This document shows positions 12,192-24,299 of a stretch of DNA of 64,000 bases, one piece after another. Numbering within the stretch: the stretch's first letter is position 1; every line of letters begins with the position of its first letter. This stretch comes from Squalus acanthias. Lineage: Eukaryota. The translations under genes and the position numbers were made by a program. The DNA lies in contig CM059438.1 of assembly GCA_030390025.1 (NCBI GenBank), positions 68,574,001 to 68,638,000 of the forward strand, written 5' to 3'. A model generated the notes under the pieces. That model was not told where the DNA came from. It did no database searches and worked only from the letters and a program-made list of their open reading frames with translations.

Positions 12192-13449
12192 ATGGGAGCC
12201 ATTTATATCCTCTCATCCTGGTCATCAGATTCGGAGGAACAGCAGCCGCAGCAGCGCAACCAGGCACAGCAGCAGCAGCAACAGCAGGAGCGTCAACCTT
12301 CTCCTCAACCACCTGATGATGCACAGGGCAGAGGGTGTCAGCGCAGGGCTGCACCGCGCCGCAGGAGAAACCCCCAACACAGGGTTTACAGGCAGAGGAT
12401 GAGCTTCCTCAACATGAGTGAGCAGCAGTGCCAAAGGAGGCTGAGACTTCCGCGAGAGGTAGTCGCTGACATCTGCGCAATGCTGCACCAACACCTGGAG
12501 CCCAGAGGAGCGGGTGGACACTCCTTACCAGTGGCTGCCAAAGTCACCACCGCCCTCAACTTCTTTGCTTCAGGGTCCTTCCAGGGATCATCTGCAGACA
12601 TCAACGGCATCTCTCAGTCGGACGCACACGCCTGCATCATGCAGGCTACCGATGCCCTCTTTGCAAAGGTGCACAATTACATTCACTTCTCCACGGATGA
12701 AGCAAGTGTAACTTTGCGTGTGGTTGGCTTTGCAAATATGGCAGGCTTCCCAAGGGTGCAGGGCATTGTAGATTGCACACATGTAGCCATTAGGGCACTC
12801 CATCACAACCCAGCTGTATTTGTCAACCACAAGGGCTTCCACTCCATTAACGTCCAGCTGGTGTGTAACCACAGGAACATCATCATGCATGTTTGCGGCC
12901 AAGTACCCTGGCAGTTGCCATGACTCCTTCATCCTGCGGCCAGTCTACTGTGCCTCAGCTCTTCAATCCGCCAACCTAACTTTCCGGATGGCTACTTGGA
13001 GACAAGGGCTATCCCCTGAAAAAGTGACTCATGACACCAATGAGGAGGCCATCAAACGAGGCTGAAGAGCGGTACACTGTGAGCCACATTTCCACCAGAA
13101 GCAACAGAGAGCAAACCATCGGCTTTCTCAAAATACAGTTCTGATGCCTCGACAGATGTGGTGGAGCCCTGCAGTATGCACCAGCCAGGATCTCCAGAAT
13201 CATTGTGGTCTGCTGTGCACTGCACAACATCGCACAGCAGCGTGGCTTAGCGCTGCCTGAGGAACAAGTGGCTCAGCGCAGAGCATCCTTGGAAGAAGAG
13301 GGGGAGGAGGAAGAGAGGAGGAGGAGGAGGACAAAGACGATGAGGAGGAGGCATGCCTTGCGGGGCCGGATGTGGCCAATGCAGCAGCACTCAAGCACAT
13401 TGCTGGTCATCACACAAGGGATGCACTCATCTATGCCAGATTCGCGTAA
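12192..13449 (+). pseudogene. Harbinger DDE transposase (HARBI1-like) with frameshifts and stops
   Basis: Motifs [72 protein letters not shown]. Frameshift near 12895 and internal stops; AATAAA at 13532. Confidence 0.92.
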
Positions 13450-13760
13450 GCTTACGCTTCAACCACAGGTGGCTGGCATATGGCTATGAATGTGTGGACG
13501 ACATTCTTAAAACGTCATACATCATCTCTCCAATAAACGGTGCTTTCCTAACACTCTCAGCATCATCATTACAAATGCAAGTCGCCCTGAGGCCTCAATG
13601 TGTAACTTCCATTTGCTAGAACACATAGGCCAGACCTTCAACTGTTTGCCATAACTTTTGTTTACTACATTCACAAAAGCATGACAATGCAAAATATTAA
13701 ACAGAACCAAAGACAACAGAACAAAATACCCAAATGACTCCCCTTGTGACTATTTGTGCT

Positions 13761-15680
13761 TTATCTTCCTCTTACTCGTGATTCTACGTGGTGCTTCCCC
13801 TGTGGCTTCAGCAGGTGTAGAGGCACCTTGCTGACTTTGATGCTGTGCCTGCTAAGATGCCTTTGGCAGGTGTTCTCTGGGCTTGGGAGCCTGGGAGGGC
13901 TCTGCAACAGTCTGCTCTTCCTGCAGCTGTGCAGGGACTGAGACGGCCATCTCAGTTGGGTGTGGAATCTGGGCCTCTGACTGAGGGCTCTGCAGTAGCA
14001 TGGTTGTGTGAGCGCCTGGAGAGGAGCCACACTTCCTTGTTGCCTGCCACCAACATCCCTCTCAAGGGTCAGTCGCACTTCAGTGCTAGCAAGTGGCTGG
14101 AGAGCACCTTGCTGCACATCAGGGGGGCCATGAGGACCCGTCTCTGTACTGGCAGTCCTCATAACAAGGATGTCCATGTACCTCTGGTGCCTCTCCTCAA
14201 TAGATGCCCATCTCTCCTCCATAGCTGACAATCTATTTTGAAGAGTCACCATGTTTTCGTTAGCCTGGCGACTTATCCTCCACGGCGGTTGCCACCCTCT
14301 CCATGGTGGTTGCCACCCTCTCCATGGCGGAACGTTCATGCGCCATTGCCTCCACAAAGCCAGTGCTCATGTTAGAGATGGACTCCTCCATTCTCTCCAC
14401 ACTTGCAGTTACCCTGGATGCAAAGCCTCTCAGAGACTCCTGCACTTGTTCCTGGAGTTCCAGCACTGCTCTCCTTCTGGCTGGCCCCAGAGGCACAGGG
14501 TCCACATGCAGCTGAGCAGAGCTAGGAGAGTCCTGCGACCTCCGACGAGGACACTCCACTGCTGTCGCTGTCTCCACCATCTGCTGATGCTCACATGTGA
14601 GCTGTGATACACCAGGTGACAACACTACTCTATGTCGCGAAGGATTCGCCGAGGTATGCGTATCTGCGCTGGTGCTGGGTGCGCTGAGTCCTGGTGATGC
14701 TGCTCCCTCAGAGGCTGCAGGTTCCTCTGAGGAGTCGTCTGGCTGTTTCTCCTGGACAGTGGGGAGGGGGGCGCTCGATGGTCCTGTGGGTGAGTAAGGA
14801 ATGAATTAGACATCTGATTTTGAGGTAGCAGACACATCCTTTTGTGCAGATGATACAAAGCGAATCTCTGCACATCATATGCCATTGCAGTCAATCATTA
14901 AATCTAAATGAGAGGGATGAAACTCTATTCTGTCACCAGCTTTGTCTAGTGCACCTGTCTCTCCATCGCCAGCTTCCAGATCCTTGCCACCTCCGACGAT
15001 TTCATGCGCAGCATCCGCAGCACTTGTCAATGTCGCCAGGGATGGTGGGCCTCCTCCTGTCTGTGCTCTCTCCACCTTATTGTGGGCTATCTTTTCCTGC
15101 AAGGAGGGACACAAGTGGAGTTTCAGCAAGAGTGATGGAGTGACTGTGAAGAATCCATAACATAGAAGCCTAGAGGGAGACCAAGATGGAGTGAGGTGCT
15201 AAGAGGAAGCTGCCTCCCTGCGCGTTGTTAGTTGTTGTCAATACATAACAGTGTGAGCGAGTGTGAGGGGTGCATAGGCAGGATGGTGAAGTGATTCAAT
15301 ACACAGAGAGAGATGGATAGGTAAGGGTGCAAGGGAAGTAAGAGTAAGGTGGGATGTGGAGGAGCAGGCTGACAAAGCAGAGTGCTGGGGATGAGAAGAG
15401 AAGGGAAGCAGATTGAAGGTAAGTGTGATGTGATACTCACTTTTAATGATCGCAGAAGATCATTAAAGCGTTTCCTGCACTAGATCCAGGTGCATGAACA
15501 AATGGAACTTGCGCTGACCTCCTCAGCAATGTGCAGCCAGGCTGCCTTTGTTTGCTGAGGAGGCTTCGTCCGGCCATCGGGAGGGAACAGAATCTCCCTG
15601 CGCCCTCTTACTCCCTCCACAAGAGCTTGGAGGGAGTCTTCAGTGAAGCGTGGTGCTGCCTTAGCTTTCGATGCACTCAT
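13761..15680 (-). pseudogene. Harbinger Myb/SANT-like (NAIF1/MSANTD-type) DNA-binding protein gene, three exons
   Basis: Exon 1 15680-15441: MSASKAKAAPRFTEDSLQALVEGV...AWLHIAEEVSA...TWI*CRKRFNDL, donor gtgagt. Exon 2 15096-14937: EKIAHNKVERAQTGGGPP. Exon 3 starts at 14783 after a cacag acceptor; splice phases match. 3' end frameshifted and approximate. Confidence 0.85.
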
Positions 15681-16629
15681 TGTGGCCTTGCCAATTCCAG
15701 ACTCCAGCAGAATCAAGAACTGAAAGGCTGAATCTACATGGGGCCCTTAAAAACATCTGCACTAATGACATCATCAGAAGCGACTAACAGACCCGATCCC
15801 AGTCATTGGACCGGCCAGCGCGCACCACTCAACTTAAGGGGCCAATTAAACTAAAATCTCAACTGGGGATTGGCTGCAGCCAGCTGTGGGTCCGGACCCC
15901 ACCCACCAGGCAACCCGACTCCATCCCGCCTCCTCCATTAAATTCGCGGCCATAGAGTCAATAGCTGACAGGAGCTTTTTTCCTTGTGAGTTTATGTCAA
16001 TTGAGTAAGGCAATCATTTCTGAATTACATTTATTAAATATTAAAGAAATTACATAAGGAACTTTCAGAGTGCATCCAACGAGCTTGTCTCAGATGCTAT
16101 TCAAGTTGCCGTGGTTGGGATAAATGACTGACTTTTTTTCCCAGTCGGTTGTTTGAAGCCACCAATTCATCTTTTTCTGCATTTAACACAGTCAAACCCT
16201 TTTACAACCAGTTCCTCTTTGCTGCAACACTGTTCCCCTGCATTGGGAGCTGAATAAAGGGAATGGTAATGATTGGACATTTGATGAAACACTGAGAGAA
16301 GCAACTTAGGCTTTATTGCATTCTCTGTTTACTCTTTTGTAAGGCTGACCTGAACTGACTCCATACTTCACCAAGACAAATATTGATCAGGAAACTTTCC
16401 TGCAGCTGCACTTGAATGAATTGTTTTTTGAAAGTGTAATTAAAAGATAAAGCCATCGAAAATAAATAATCAAAGTGAACACCATCTTCCTGCTTTCGAA
16501 CAGAATACGATAAACCACTGAAACATTGCAAAATCCCTTCAGGGTATATTATCTGCTTCTGGCAGTGTTGTCTGTGCTGTCTCTCCAATGAAGACCTATT
16601 GTCTCATAGAGATCACAATGGGTGTTGAC

Positions 16630-17090
16630 ACAGAGGGTTCAGTTATGAGGAAAGGTTGCATAAATTTGGCTTGCATTCTCCAGTATAGAACCTTAAAGGC
16701 TGATCTGATCGAACTTTTCAAATGCTAAAAGGATTTGATGGGGTAGATACCAAGAAACAATTTCCTCTGGTGGGGAAATTGAGAACGAGTGGACATCATC
16801 TTAAAATTAGAGCCAAGCCATTTAGGAAGGAAATCGGGATACACTTTTTCACACAAGATTTCACACAATTTTTCACTCAGAGAAATCTAGAATTTTGTCC
16901 CCCAAAGAGCTGTGCATGCTGGGACAATTGGAGCTTTCAAGACTGAGATCGATAGATTTTTGATAGGCAAGGGTATTAAGGGATATGGAGCTAAGGCGGG
17001 GAAATGGAGTTGAGGTACAGATCAGCCATGATCTAACTGAATAGCAGTGCGGGCTCTAGGGGGGTGAATGACCTACTCCTGTTCCTATCT
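16630..17090 (+). mobile_element. CR1 LINE 3' fragment
   Basis: MLKGFDGVD...FPLVGKLRTSGHHLKIRAKPF, then a CR1-type 3' UTR. Confidence 0.85.
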
Positions 17091-17179
17091 TCCCAAATGT
17101 ACATACAATTATGGTCACAAACTTTCACAAAAGCATATCTGGGACAGAACCTTTGGATAATGCCATTGTACAACACAAT

Positions 17180-17358
17180 AGAAACAAATGATCTGGTCAT
17201 TATCAGATTGCTGTTTGTGGGAGCTTGCTGTGCGCAAATTGGCTGCCGCGTTTCCTACATTACAACAGTGACTACACTCCAAAAGTACTTCATTGGCTGT
17301 AAAGCGCTTTGAGGTGGTCGTGAAAGGCACTATATAAATGTAAGTCTTTCTTTCTTTC
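17180..17358 (+). mobile_element. Deu-domain SINE 3' part
   Basis: tctggtcattatcagattgctgtttgtgggagcttgctgtgcgcaaattggctgccgcgtttcctacattacaacagtgac followed by a (TCTT)n tail. Confidence 0.85.
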
Positions 17359-17404
17359 TCACAACAGAACAAAAAGAATGACACTGGCAAATATATCATA
17401 TATA

Positions 17405-18160
17405 GGACCAGATATTCTGATCGCAGGCCTCCCGTGGGTGGAGGCCTGCGATCTGGAAAAATCTGCGCCCTTACCGGAGGGCTCCTGGGAGGCGCACAAT
17501 TCCGCTCCTGGGCCTCTCCAAACTGCCGGTGCGCAGGGCCCACATATCCCAGAGGCGCAGGTAGTTCGCAGCGTCCCTGGGATCATGTGGGCCATGGGGA
17601 GCCAATCAAAGAAGGGAATCTCCCTTCATACATTTGACAGGAAGACCTGTCAAATATATGAATGGAGATCACCCCCAAAATATAGTAAAACTTTAAATAC
17701 ATTTTTTAAAAATCACATTTTTAAAATGACTTGTAAGTCCAATAAATTAACTATTTTAAACAAAACTTAAAATTTTTGAAAAAAAATAATTCAAGTTTTT
17801 TACGGGGCTAAAAATAAGCTTACTTTTTTTTAAACGGATTTTTAAATGATAAATCAGTGGAAATTTTTTAAAAACTTTTTTCAACTCTTATTCTGGTAAA
17901 AGCAGGCCTTACGCCTGCTTTTACCAGGCACAAGAATTGTAAGGATTTTCTGCAGGCGGAGGGTCTCCAAAAAGCGGAACTCTCCGCCCGCAGAGGCCCT
18001 TCTCCTGGGCAGCCAGAGGATCTGTCAAGAGCATTCTTGACAGATCGGAAATGCTGGTTTCCAGCTCATGCGCTGTGCATGCCTGAAACCGGCATTTCCG
18101 ATGTCCCTATGGGTGGGTACACAGCGCGTACCCACCCGTAGGGATCGGAATATCCGGCCC
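17405..18160. mobile_element. MITE family C (~755 bp)
   Basis: TIR GGACCAGATATTCTGATC vs rc GGGCCGGATATTCCGATC; flanks ATA/ATT; inverted homologue at 38667-39419. Confidence 0.88.
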
Positions 18161-18526
18161 ATTGTGATTTTAGACAATTTAAAAAAAAATTAAATGGAGC
18201 ATGATCCATTGAGTATTGCAAAAAGTAAGTTATTTAAGTAGGCCAATTACCATTTGCACATCTATATTTGTATGTACAAAATAAATACAATAATCTTACA
18301 GCCAGTCACATTGTACTTAGTACAGTCTATTCCTCTTAACTTAATGTTCCTTAATTCAAATTATCTGATAAGTGCATTTAGCACTAAATTCTAACTTTGC
18401 CATGCATAATTCAAATTATTGGGTAATTCAACTTTTTTAGCACAAAGAATGACTTTGAATTATCAGGAGTACTTTGGTTGCATGTATTTTATATTGCAGC
18501 AGCATAGTCACTCGGCACAAACACTG

Positions 18527-19130
18527 TGGCCCCGATAGTTGCGGGGAGGGTGCAGGCGAGGCCGAAAAGAACCAAAGAACCCAGCAACGCTGGAGACGAG
18601 GAGGCCCTGCCGATCTTAACGGCAGGACCTCATTAACATTTTGTAGGTCCGTCTCCCGCCCGCTAGCCGGCCAGATGGACAGCCTGGCCGGCACTGGGAG
18701 GGAACACCAGCGACAGGAGGCCGCAGCGAGGGAGCCTTGGGGAACGATCCCTGGCAATCTGGCGGTGGGGGGGGGAAGGCCCGCGATCAGGAGGGCTCTG
18801 GGGAGGCTGGCAAATGGGGCTGGGGGTAGGTTGGCAAAGGATGGTTGAGGGGAGGCTGGAGATCAGGGCTGCAGGAGGACAAAGGCTTCCTGGGGGGGCA
18901 CTACTGCTCCTCCTGGCCCACAAGGCGTGCTAAATAAGGCACTTACCTTGTGGAGCCAGCAGCTCCCGTCTCCCTTTCAACGACCGAGTTTCCCGCCCTT
19001 TGGGAATCCCGTGCAGCAGCAGTTAAATTTAAATCAGGCTCCCAATTGCACTGTGGGAGTCCAATTTAAATATGTTAATAAGCATCCCGCCTCTCCACGG
19101 CAGGACACTTGGGCGGCCCAATATTGGGCA
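18527..19130. mobile_element. MITE family D relative, inverted orientation
   Basis: 18900-19050 is the reverse-complement homologue of 8900-9060. Ends approximate. Confidence 0.65.
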
Positions 19131-19240
19131 CCGCAAAAAAGGTGCCTTATTGAACACTAACATTGGAACAAATAACTCATGCAGATTCTTCAGCTGCATT
19201 GTAAAAAGTGGCAATCTTTTTCAATCATGCCTGCAGAGTA

Positions 19241-20885
19241 TAACAACAACAACAACATGTATTTATATAGCGCCTTTAACGTAGTAAAACGTCCCAAGGT
19301 GCTTCACAGGAGTATTTTAAGAGAAAAGATTTGACACCGATTCACATAAGGATAAATTAGGGCAGGTGACCAAAAGCTTGGTCAAAGTGGTAGGTTTTAA
19401 GGAGCGTCTTAAAGGAGGAAAGAGAGGTAGAGAGGCGGAGAGGTTTAGGCAGGGAAATCCAGAGCTTAGGGCCCAGGCAACAGAAGGCATGGCCACCAAA
19501 GGTTGAGCGATTATAATCAGGAATGCTCAAGAGGGCAGAATTAGAGGAGCGCAGATATCTCGGGGGGTTTGTGGGGCTGAAGGAGATTACAGAGATAAGG
19601 AGGGGCGAGGCCACAGAGGGATTTGAAAACAAGGATGAGAATTTTGAAATTGAGGCGCTGCTTAACCGGGAGCCAATGTAGGTCAGCGAGCACAGGGGTG
19701 ATGGACGAACGGGACTTGGTGCGAGTTAGGACACGGGCAGCTGAGTTTTGGATGACCTCAAGTTTATATAGGGTGGAATGTGGGAGGCCAGCCAGGAGTG
19801 CGTTGGAATAGTCATGTCTAGAGGTAACAAAGGCATGGATGTGGGTTTCAGCAGCGGATGAGCTGAGGCAAGGGCAGAGACGGACGATGTTACGGAGGTG
19901 GAAGTAGGCGGTCTTTGTTAAGCTGTGGATATGTGGCCAGAAGCTCATTTCAGGTTCAAATATGACACCAAGGTTGCGAACAGTGTGGTTCAGCCTCAGA
20001 CAGATGTTCGGGAGAGGGATGGAGTCAGTGGCTAGGGAACGGAGTTTGTGGCAGAGACCGAAAACAATGGCTTTGGTCTTCCCAATATTTAATTGGAGAA
20101 CATTTTTGCTCATCCAGAACTGGTTGTCGAACAAGCAGTCTAACAATTTCGACACCGTGGAGGGTCGAGAGAAGAGGTAGTGAGGTAGAGCTGGGTGTCG
20201 TCAGCGTACTTGTGGAAACTGACGCTGTGTTTTTGGATGATGTCACAAAGGGGCAACATGTAGATAAGAAATAGAAGGGGGCCAAGGATTGATCCTTGGG
20301 GGACACCAGAGGTAATGATGCAGGAGCAGGAAGAGAAGCCGTTGCAGGTGATTCTCTGGTTACGATTAGATAGATAAGAATGGAACCAGGCGAGTGCAGT
20401 CCCACCCAGCTGGATGATGGTGGAGAGGCGTTGGAGAAGGCTGCCGACAAGTCAAGAAGGACGAGGTGTGATAGTTTCCCTTTGTCACAGTCACAAAGGA
20501 TGTCATTTGTGACTTTGATGAGAGCCATTTTGGTACTGTGGCAAGGGCGGAAACCTGATTGGAAGGATTCAAACGTGGAATTGCGGGAAAGATGGGCACG
20601 GATTTGGGAGGCAACAACACGTTCATGGACTTTGGAGAGGAAAGGGAAGTTGGAGATGGGGTGGTAGTTTGCAAGGACGGAGGGATCAAGGTTTGGTTTT
20701 TTGAGGAGAGGGGTGATGACGGCAGATTTGAGGGAGAGGGGGACAGTACTTGAAGAGAGAGAACCGTTAACAATATCAGCTAACATGGGAGCCAGAAAAG
20801 GAAGTTGGGTGGTCAGCAGTTTAAATAGGGTCGAGGGAGCAGGAGATGGGTCTCATAGACAAGATGAGCGCATGAGGGGAAATCG
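19241..20885 (-). mobile_element. L2 LINE, 5'-truncated
   Basis: RT motifs FQSGFRPCHST, LVLLDLSAAF and YADD-like; C-terminus HAFVTSRHDYSNALLAG...LHWLPVKQRLNFKI; (TTG)n tail. Confidence 0.93.
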
Positions 20886-21269
20886 GAGAATGTATTTGAT
20901 GTAGATCAAGCGTGAAGTCAGCTTGCCCGTATTTCCCCCCCGACCCTTTCCTGCCCGTCGTGAAGGGGTTAATAGTGAGGCCTGTGTTTAAATTTTGCCC
21001 CTTTTAATTGATGTTACTATTGTAGTATGAGGTGTCACAGATATGGAGAAGTTTCCAGTTCACAAAATTGATCCAGGGCAATTGGCAAAGGGTTCAAAAG
21101 GCACAAGACTCAAGTTATAAAATTGGAAGTTAAGAGTAAAAGAAAGAGAAGTTGTGTTGAAACATTTCACCGAAAAGGTAATGTAATAGCGTTACCAGAG
21201 AGAATCATTGAAACAGATCCTCTAAATGGGTTCATGAGAATTGTATGTGTTCTGGATAGAGGAGAGTTA

Positions 21270-21560
21270 ATAGAATCATAGAATGATGCAGCACAGAAGG
21301 AGTCCATTCTGCCCATTGTGCCTGTGCTGGCTCTTTGCAAGAGCTATCCAATTAGTACCGCTACTCTGCTCTTTCTCATAGCTCAGCAAATTTTTCCTTT
21401 TCAAGTATTTATCCAATTCCCTTTTGAATGTTACTATTGAATCTGCTTTGACCACTATTTCAGGCAGTGCATTCCAGATCATAACAACTCATCGTGTAAA
21501 AAAAATGTTTCCGCATGTCGCCTCTGGTTCTTTTGCCAATCACCTTAAATCACCTTAAGT
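21270..21560 (-). mobile_element. CR1 LINE 3' fragment
   Basis: IWNALPEIVVKADSIVTFKRELDKYLK and tail atagaatcatagaat. Confidence 0.85.
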
Positions 21561-21665
21561 TGAGGCATATAGTAAGACTGCAGTTAGATGTGGTTGTTCT
21601 ATGAAAAAGGGAGAGGCTTGTGGGGATCTAACATCATTTTTCTCTATATATACCTTTTATGGAGA

Positions 21666-23380
21666 ACAATAGCAAAATACTGCAGATGCTGGAAATCTGA
21701 AATAGAAGCAGAAAATGCTGGGAATACTCAGAAGGTCAGGCAGCATCTGTGGAGAGAGAAAAAGTGTTAACATTTAGGTCAATGACCTTTGTCAGAACTG
21801 GAAAAAGTTAGCGATGTAACAGATTTTAAGCAAGTGCAGGGGCAGGGAAAGGGGGGAAGGGAGGACAGAACAACAGGGAGGGTCTGTGATAGGGAGGAAG
21901 GCAGGAGAGATTAACTGACAAAAGGTATGATTGCACAACGCACAAGGAGATGGTAATAGGGCAAGTAAAGAAACAAAAGATGGATCTAGAAGAGGTATAA
22001 ATGTGAATAGCAAAATCATCAACAGCTGCCATCTGAAAAAATAGGGGCAGAGGTTATGGTCAGAAATTGTTGAACTTAATGTTGAGTCCAGAAGGCTGTA
22101 AAGTGCCTAATCGAAAGATGAGGTGCTGTTCCTCGAGCTTACGTTGAGCTTCATTGGAACAATGTAAGAGGCTGAGGACAGAGTGGTCAGAGTGGGAGTG
22201 GAGCGCAGAATTAAAGTGACAGACAATCGGAAGCTTGGGGTCACCCTTACGGACTGAATGGAGGTGGTCCGCAAAGCGGTCACCCAATCTGCGTTTGGTC
22301 TCCCCAGTGTAGAGGAGACCGCATCGTGAGCAGCGAATACAGTATGCTAAATTGCAAGAAGTACAAGTAAATCGCTGTTTCACATGGAAGGAAGGTTTGG
22401 GGCCCTGGACGGTGGGAAGGGAGGAGGTAAAACGGCAGGTGTTGCATCTCCTACGCTTGCACGGGAAGGTGCTACGGGAAGGAGGTGTTGGGGGTGATTG
22501 AGGAGTGGACCAGGGTGTCGCGGAGCGAGTGGTCCCTTCAGAATGCTGAAAGGAGAGTGGAGGTGAAGATGTGTTTGGTGGTGGGATTACACTGGAGGTG
22601 ACGGAAATGGCGGAGGATGATCCGTTGAATGTGGAGGCTGGTGGGGTGAAAGTTGAGGACAAGGGGAACCCTATCGTGGTTCTGGGAGGGAGGGGAAGGG
22701 GTGAGAGCAGAAGTGCGGGAAATGGAATGGACACGGTCGAGGGCCATATCAACCACGGTAGAGGGGAATCCTCGGTTGAGGAAAAAGGAACACATATCGG
22801 AAGCACGAGTATGGAAGGTGGCATCGTCAGAACAGATGCGACGGAGACGGAGAAACTGGGAGAATGGGATAGAGTCCTTACAGGAAGCGGGGTGGGAGGA
22901 AGTGTAGTCCAGGTAGCTGTGGGAGTCAGTGGGCTTATAGTGGATGTTTGTTGATAGCCTATCCCCAGAAATGGAGACAGAGAAGTTGAGGAAGGAAAAG
23001 GAAGAATTGAAGATGGACCCATGTGAAGGTGAGGGAAGGGTGGAAATTGGAAGCAAAGTGAATGAAATTTTCCAGTTCAGGGCGAGAGCAGGAAATGGCA
23101 CCAGTACAGTCATCAATGTACCAGATAAAGAGGTGAGGGAGGGGACCCGAGTAGGACTGGAACATAGAATGTTCCGCATATCCCACAAAAAGACAAGCAT
23201 ATGCGGGTTCCTAGCAACACCTTTAATTTGGAGGAAGTGAGTGGAGTCAAAGGAGAAGTTGTTCAATGTGAGAACAAGTTCAGCCAGGAGGAGGAGGATG
23301 GTAGTGGATGGGGACTGGTTGGGCCTCTGTTCAAGGAAGAAGCGGAGCGCCCTCAGGCCATCCTGGTGGGGATGGAGAAG
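21666..23380 (-). mobile_element. Penelope-like retroelement, 5'-truncated (RT plus GIY-YIG endonuclease, frameshifted)
   Basis: RT motifs LTLNNFSF, WYIDD, FLNFSV, YKPTDSHSYLDYTSSHP; GIY-YIG YCIRCSRCGLLYTGETKRRLGDRFADH...GLN; terminal repeat 21666-21800 with a decayed hammerhead. Confidence 0.93.
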
Positions 23381-24299
23381 TTGTATAATGTAGTACCACT
23401 GCAAAATAATAATCTTTATTCTGATTCACAGATGAATGGAAAAATGTATTTGGCTGCAGCATTTTATGGAATAAGTATAATGTCACATACTTTATTGGTT
23501 TGTTTAATTACAGTTGGAAGCAGAGATTTGCCTTTGCTAAAAATTGCATAGAATTACAGATAATTGACCCAATTTGTCTATACTGGTGTTTCTGCTCCAC
23601 ACGAGCCTCCTCCCACTCTACTTTATCTACCTGATCAGCATATTGATAATGATCATTAAAATGAATGGACCTGTGCGCTAGATTGTCAATTACTGAATCA
23701 TTTTGTATGTGGAATAATTACTTTTTTCTCCCAGTATAATCCTTGCTAATATGTTTAGATCTAGCAGTTCTCAGGAGGAACATTTAATACACACAGACCG
23801 CATAGTATCAGTACCATCAAGATGGGGCAGACTGTAAAAGTCAATAACCTGGTTAGCAGTCTCTATATCTGGAGAGAGCTTGTTGCTCTTTTTTTCATGT
23901 GGCTAACCTGTAGTTTTGACTTGCAGCTTCTGGATGTTGCTTTAAAAAGCTAAGTGTCCGAGTGGACTCAAGTGTTCTTCTTTCTCTATTGAGAAGCCTA
24001 GGAGATGGATCAAGGCCTATAATGTAGGACATCACAGAACAAACAAGAGTAGGAGGGAAGATACAGTATCTCAAGATGTAGAGGTGAGGTGACACCAAGC
24101 TTAGGTTTGTAAGAGGAAGGAGAGACTGAGGGTGGCACAGAGTTCCACAGCTTTCAGATTCAGGGAAGGCATAAATAAATAGGAGGGAGAAGGTTGAGTT
24201 TTTATTTCAACACAATGAGAATTCAAGAAGAGGGGCTTCTGGGGATAAGCCAATATTTTGTTTGGTATTCATTTATAAGAGAATTGCACGTAACTCAAT

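Larger units (their letters stand above)
11321..15951. mobile_element. Full-length decayed PIF/Harbinger DNA transposon
   Basis: Imperfect TIRs GGTCGTGATTTTTAT...GAGGGGGCGGGTTTGGAGACGGGT vs rc GGCCGCGAATTTAAT...GAGGAGGCGGGATGGAGTCGGGT; 3-bp TSD ATA (11318-11320, 15952-15954); convergent transposase and Myb-like genes. Confidence 0.9.

Noticed and set aside
12192..13449. Domesticated host HARBI1/NAIF1 gene pair
   Set aside because: Both genes carry stops or frameshifts and lie within TIRs and a TSD, so this is a decayed transposon.
16313..16588. 91-aa ORF in unique sequence (also 11..319 and 35881..36135)
   Set aside because: Non-ATG starts, no recognisable homology and no convincing splice-site pair.
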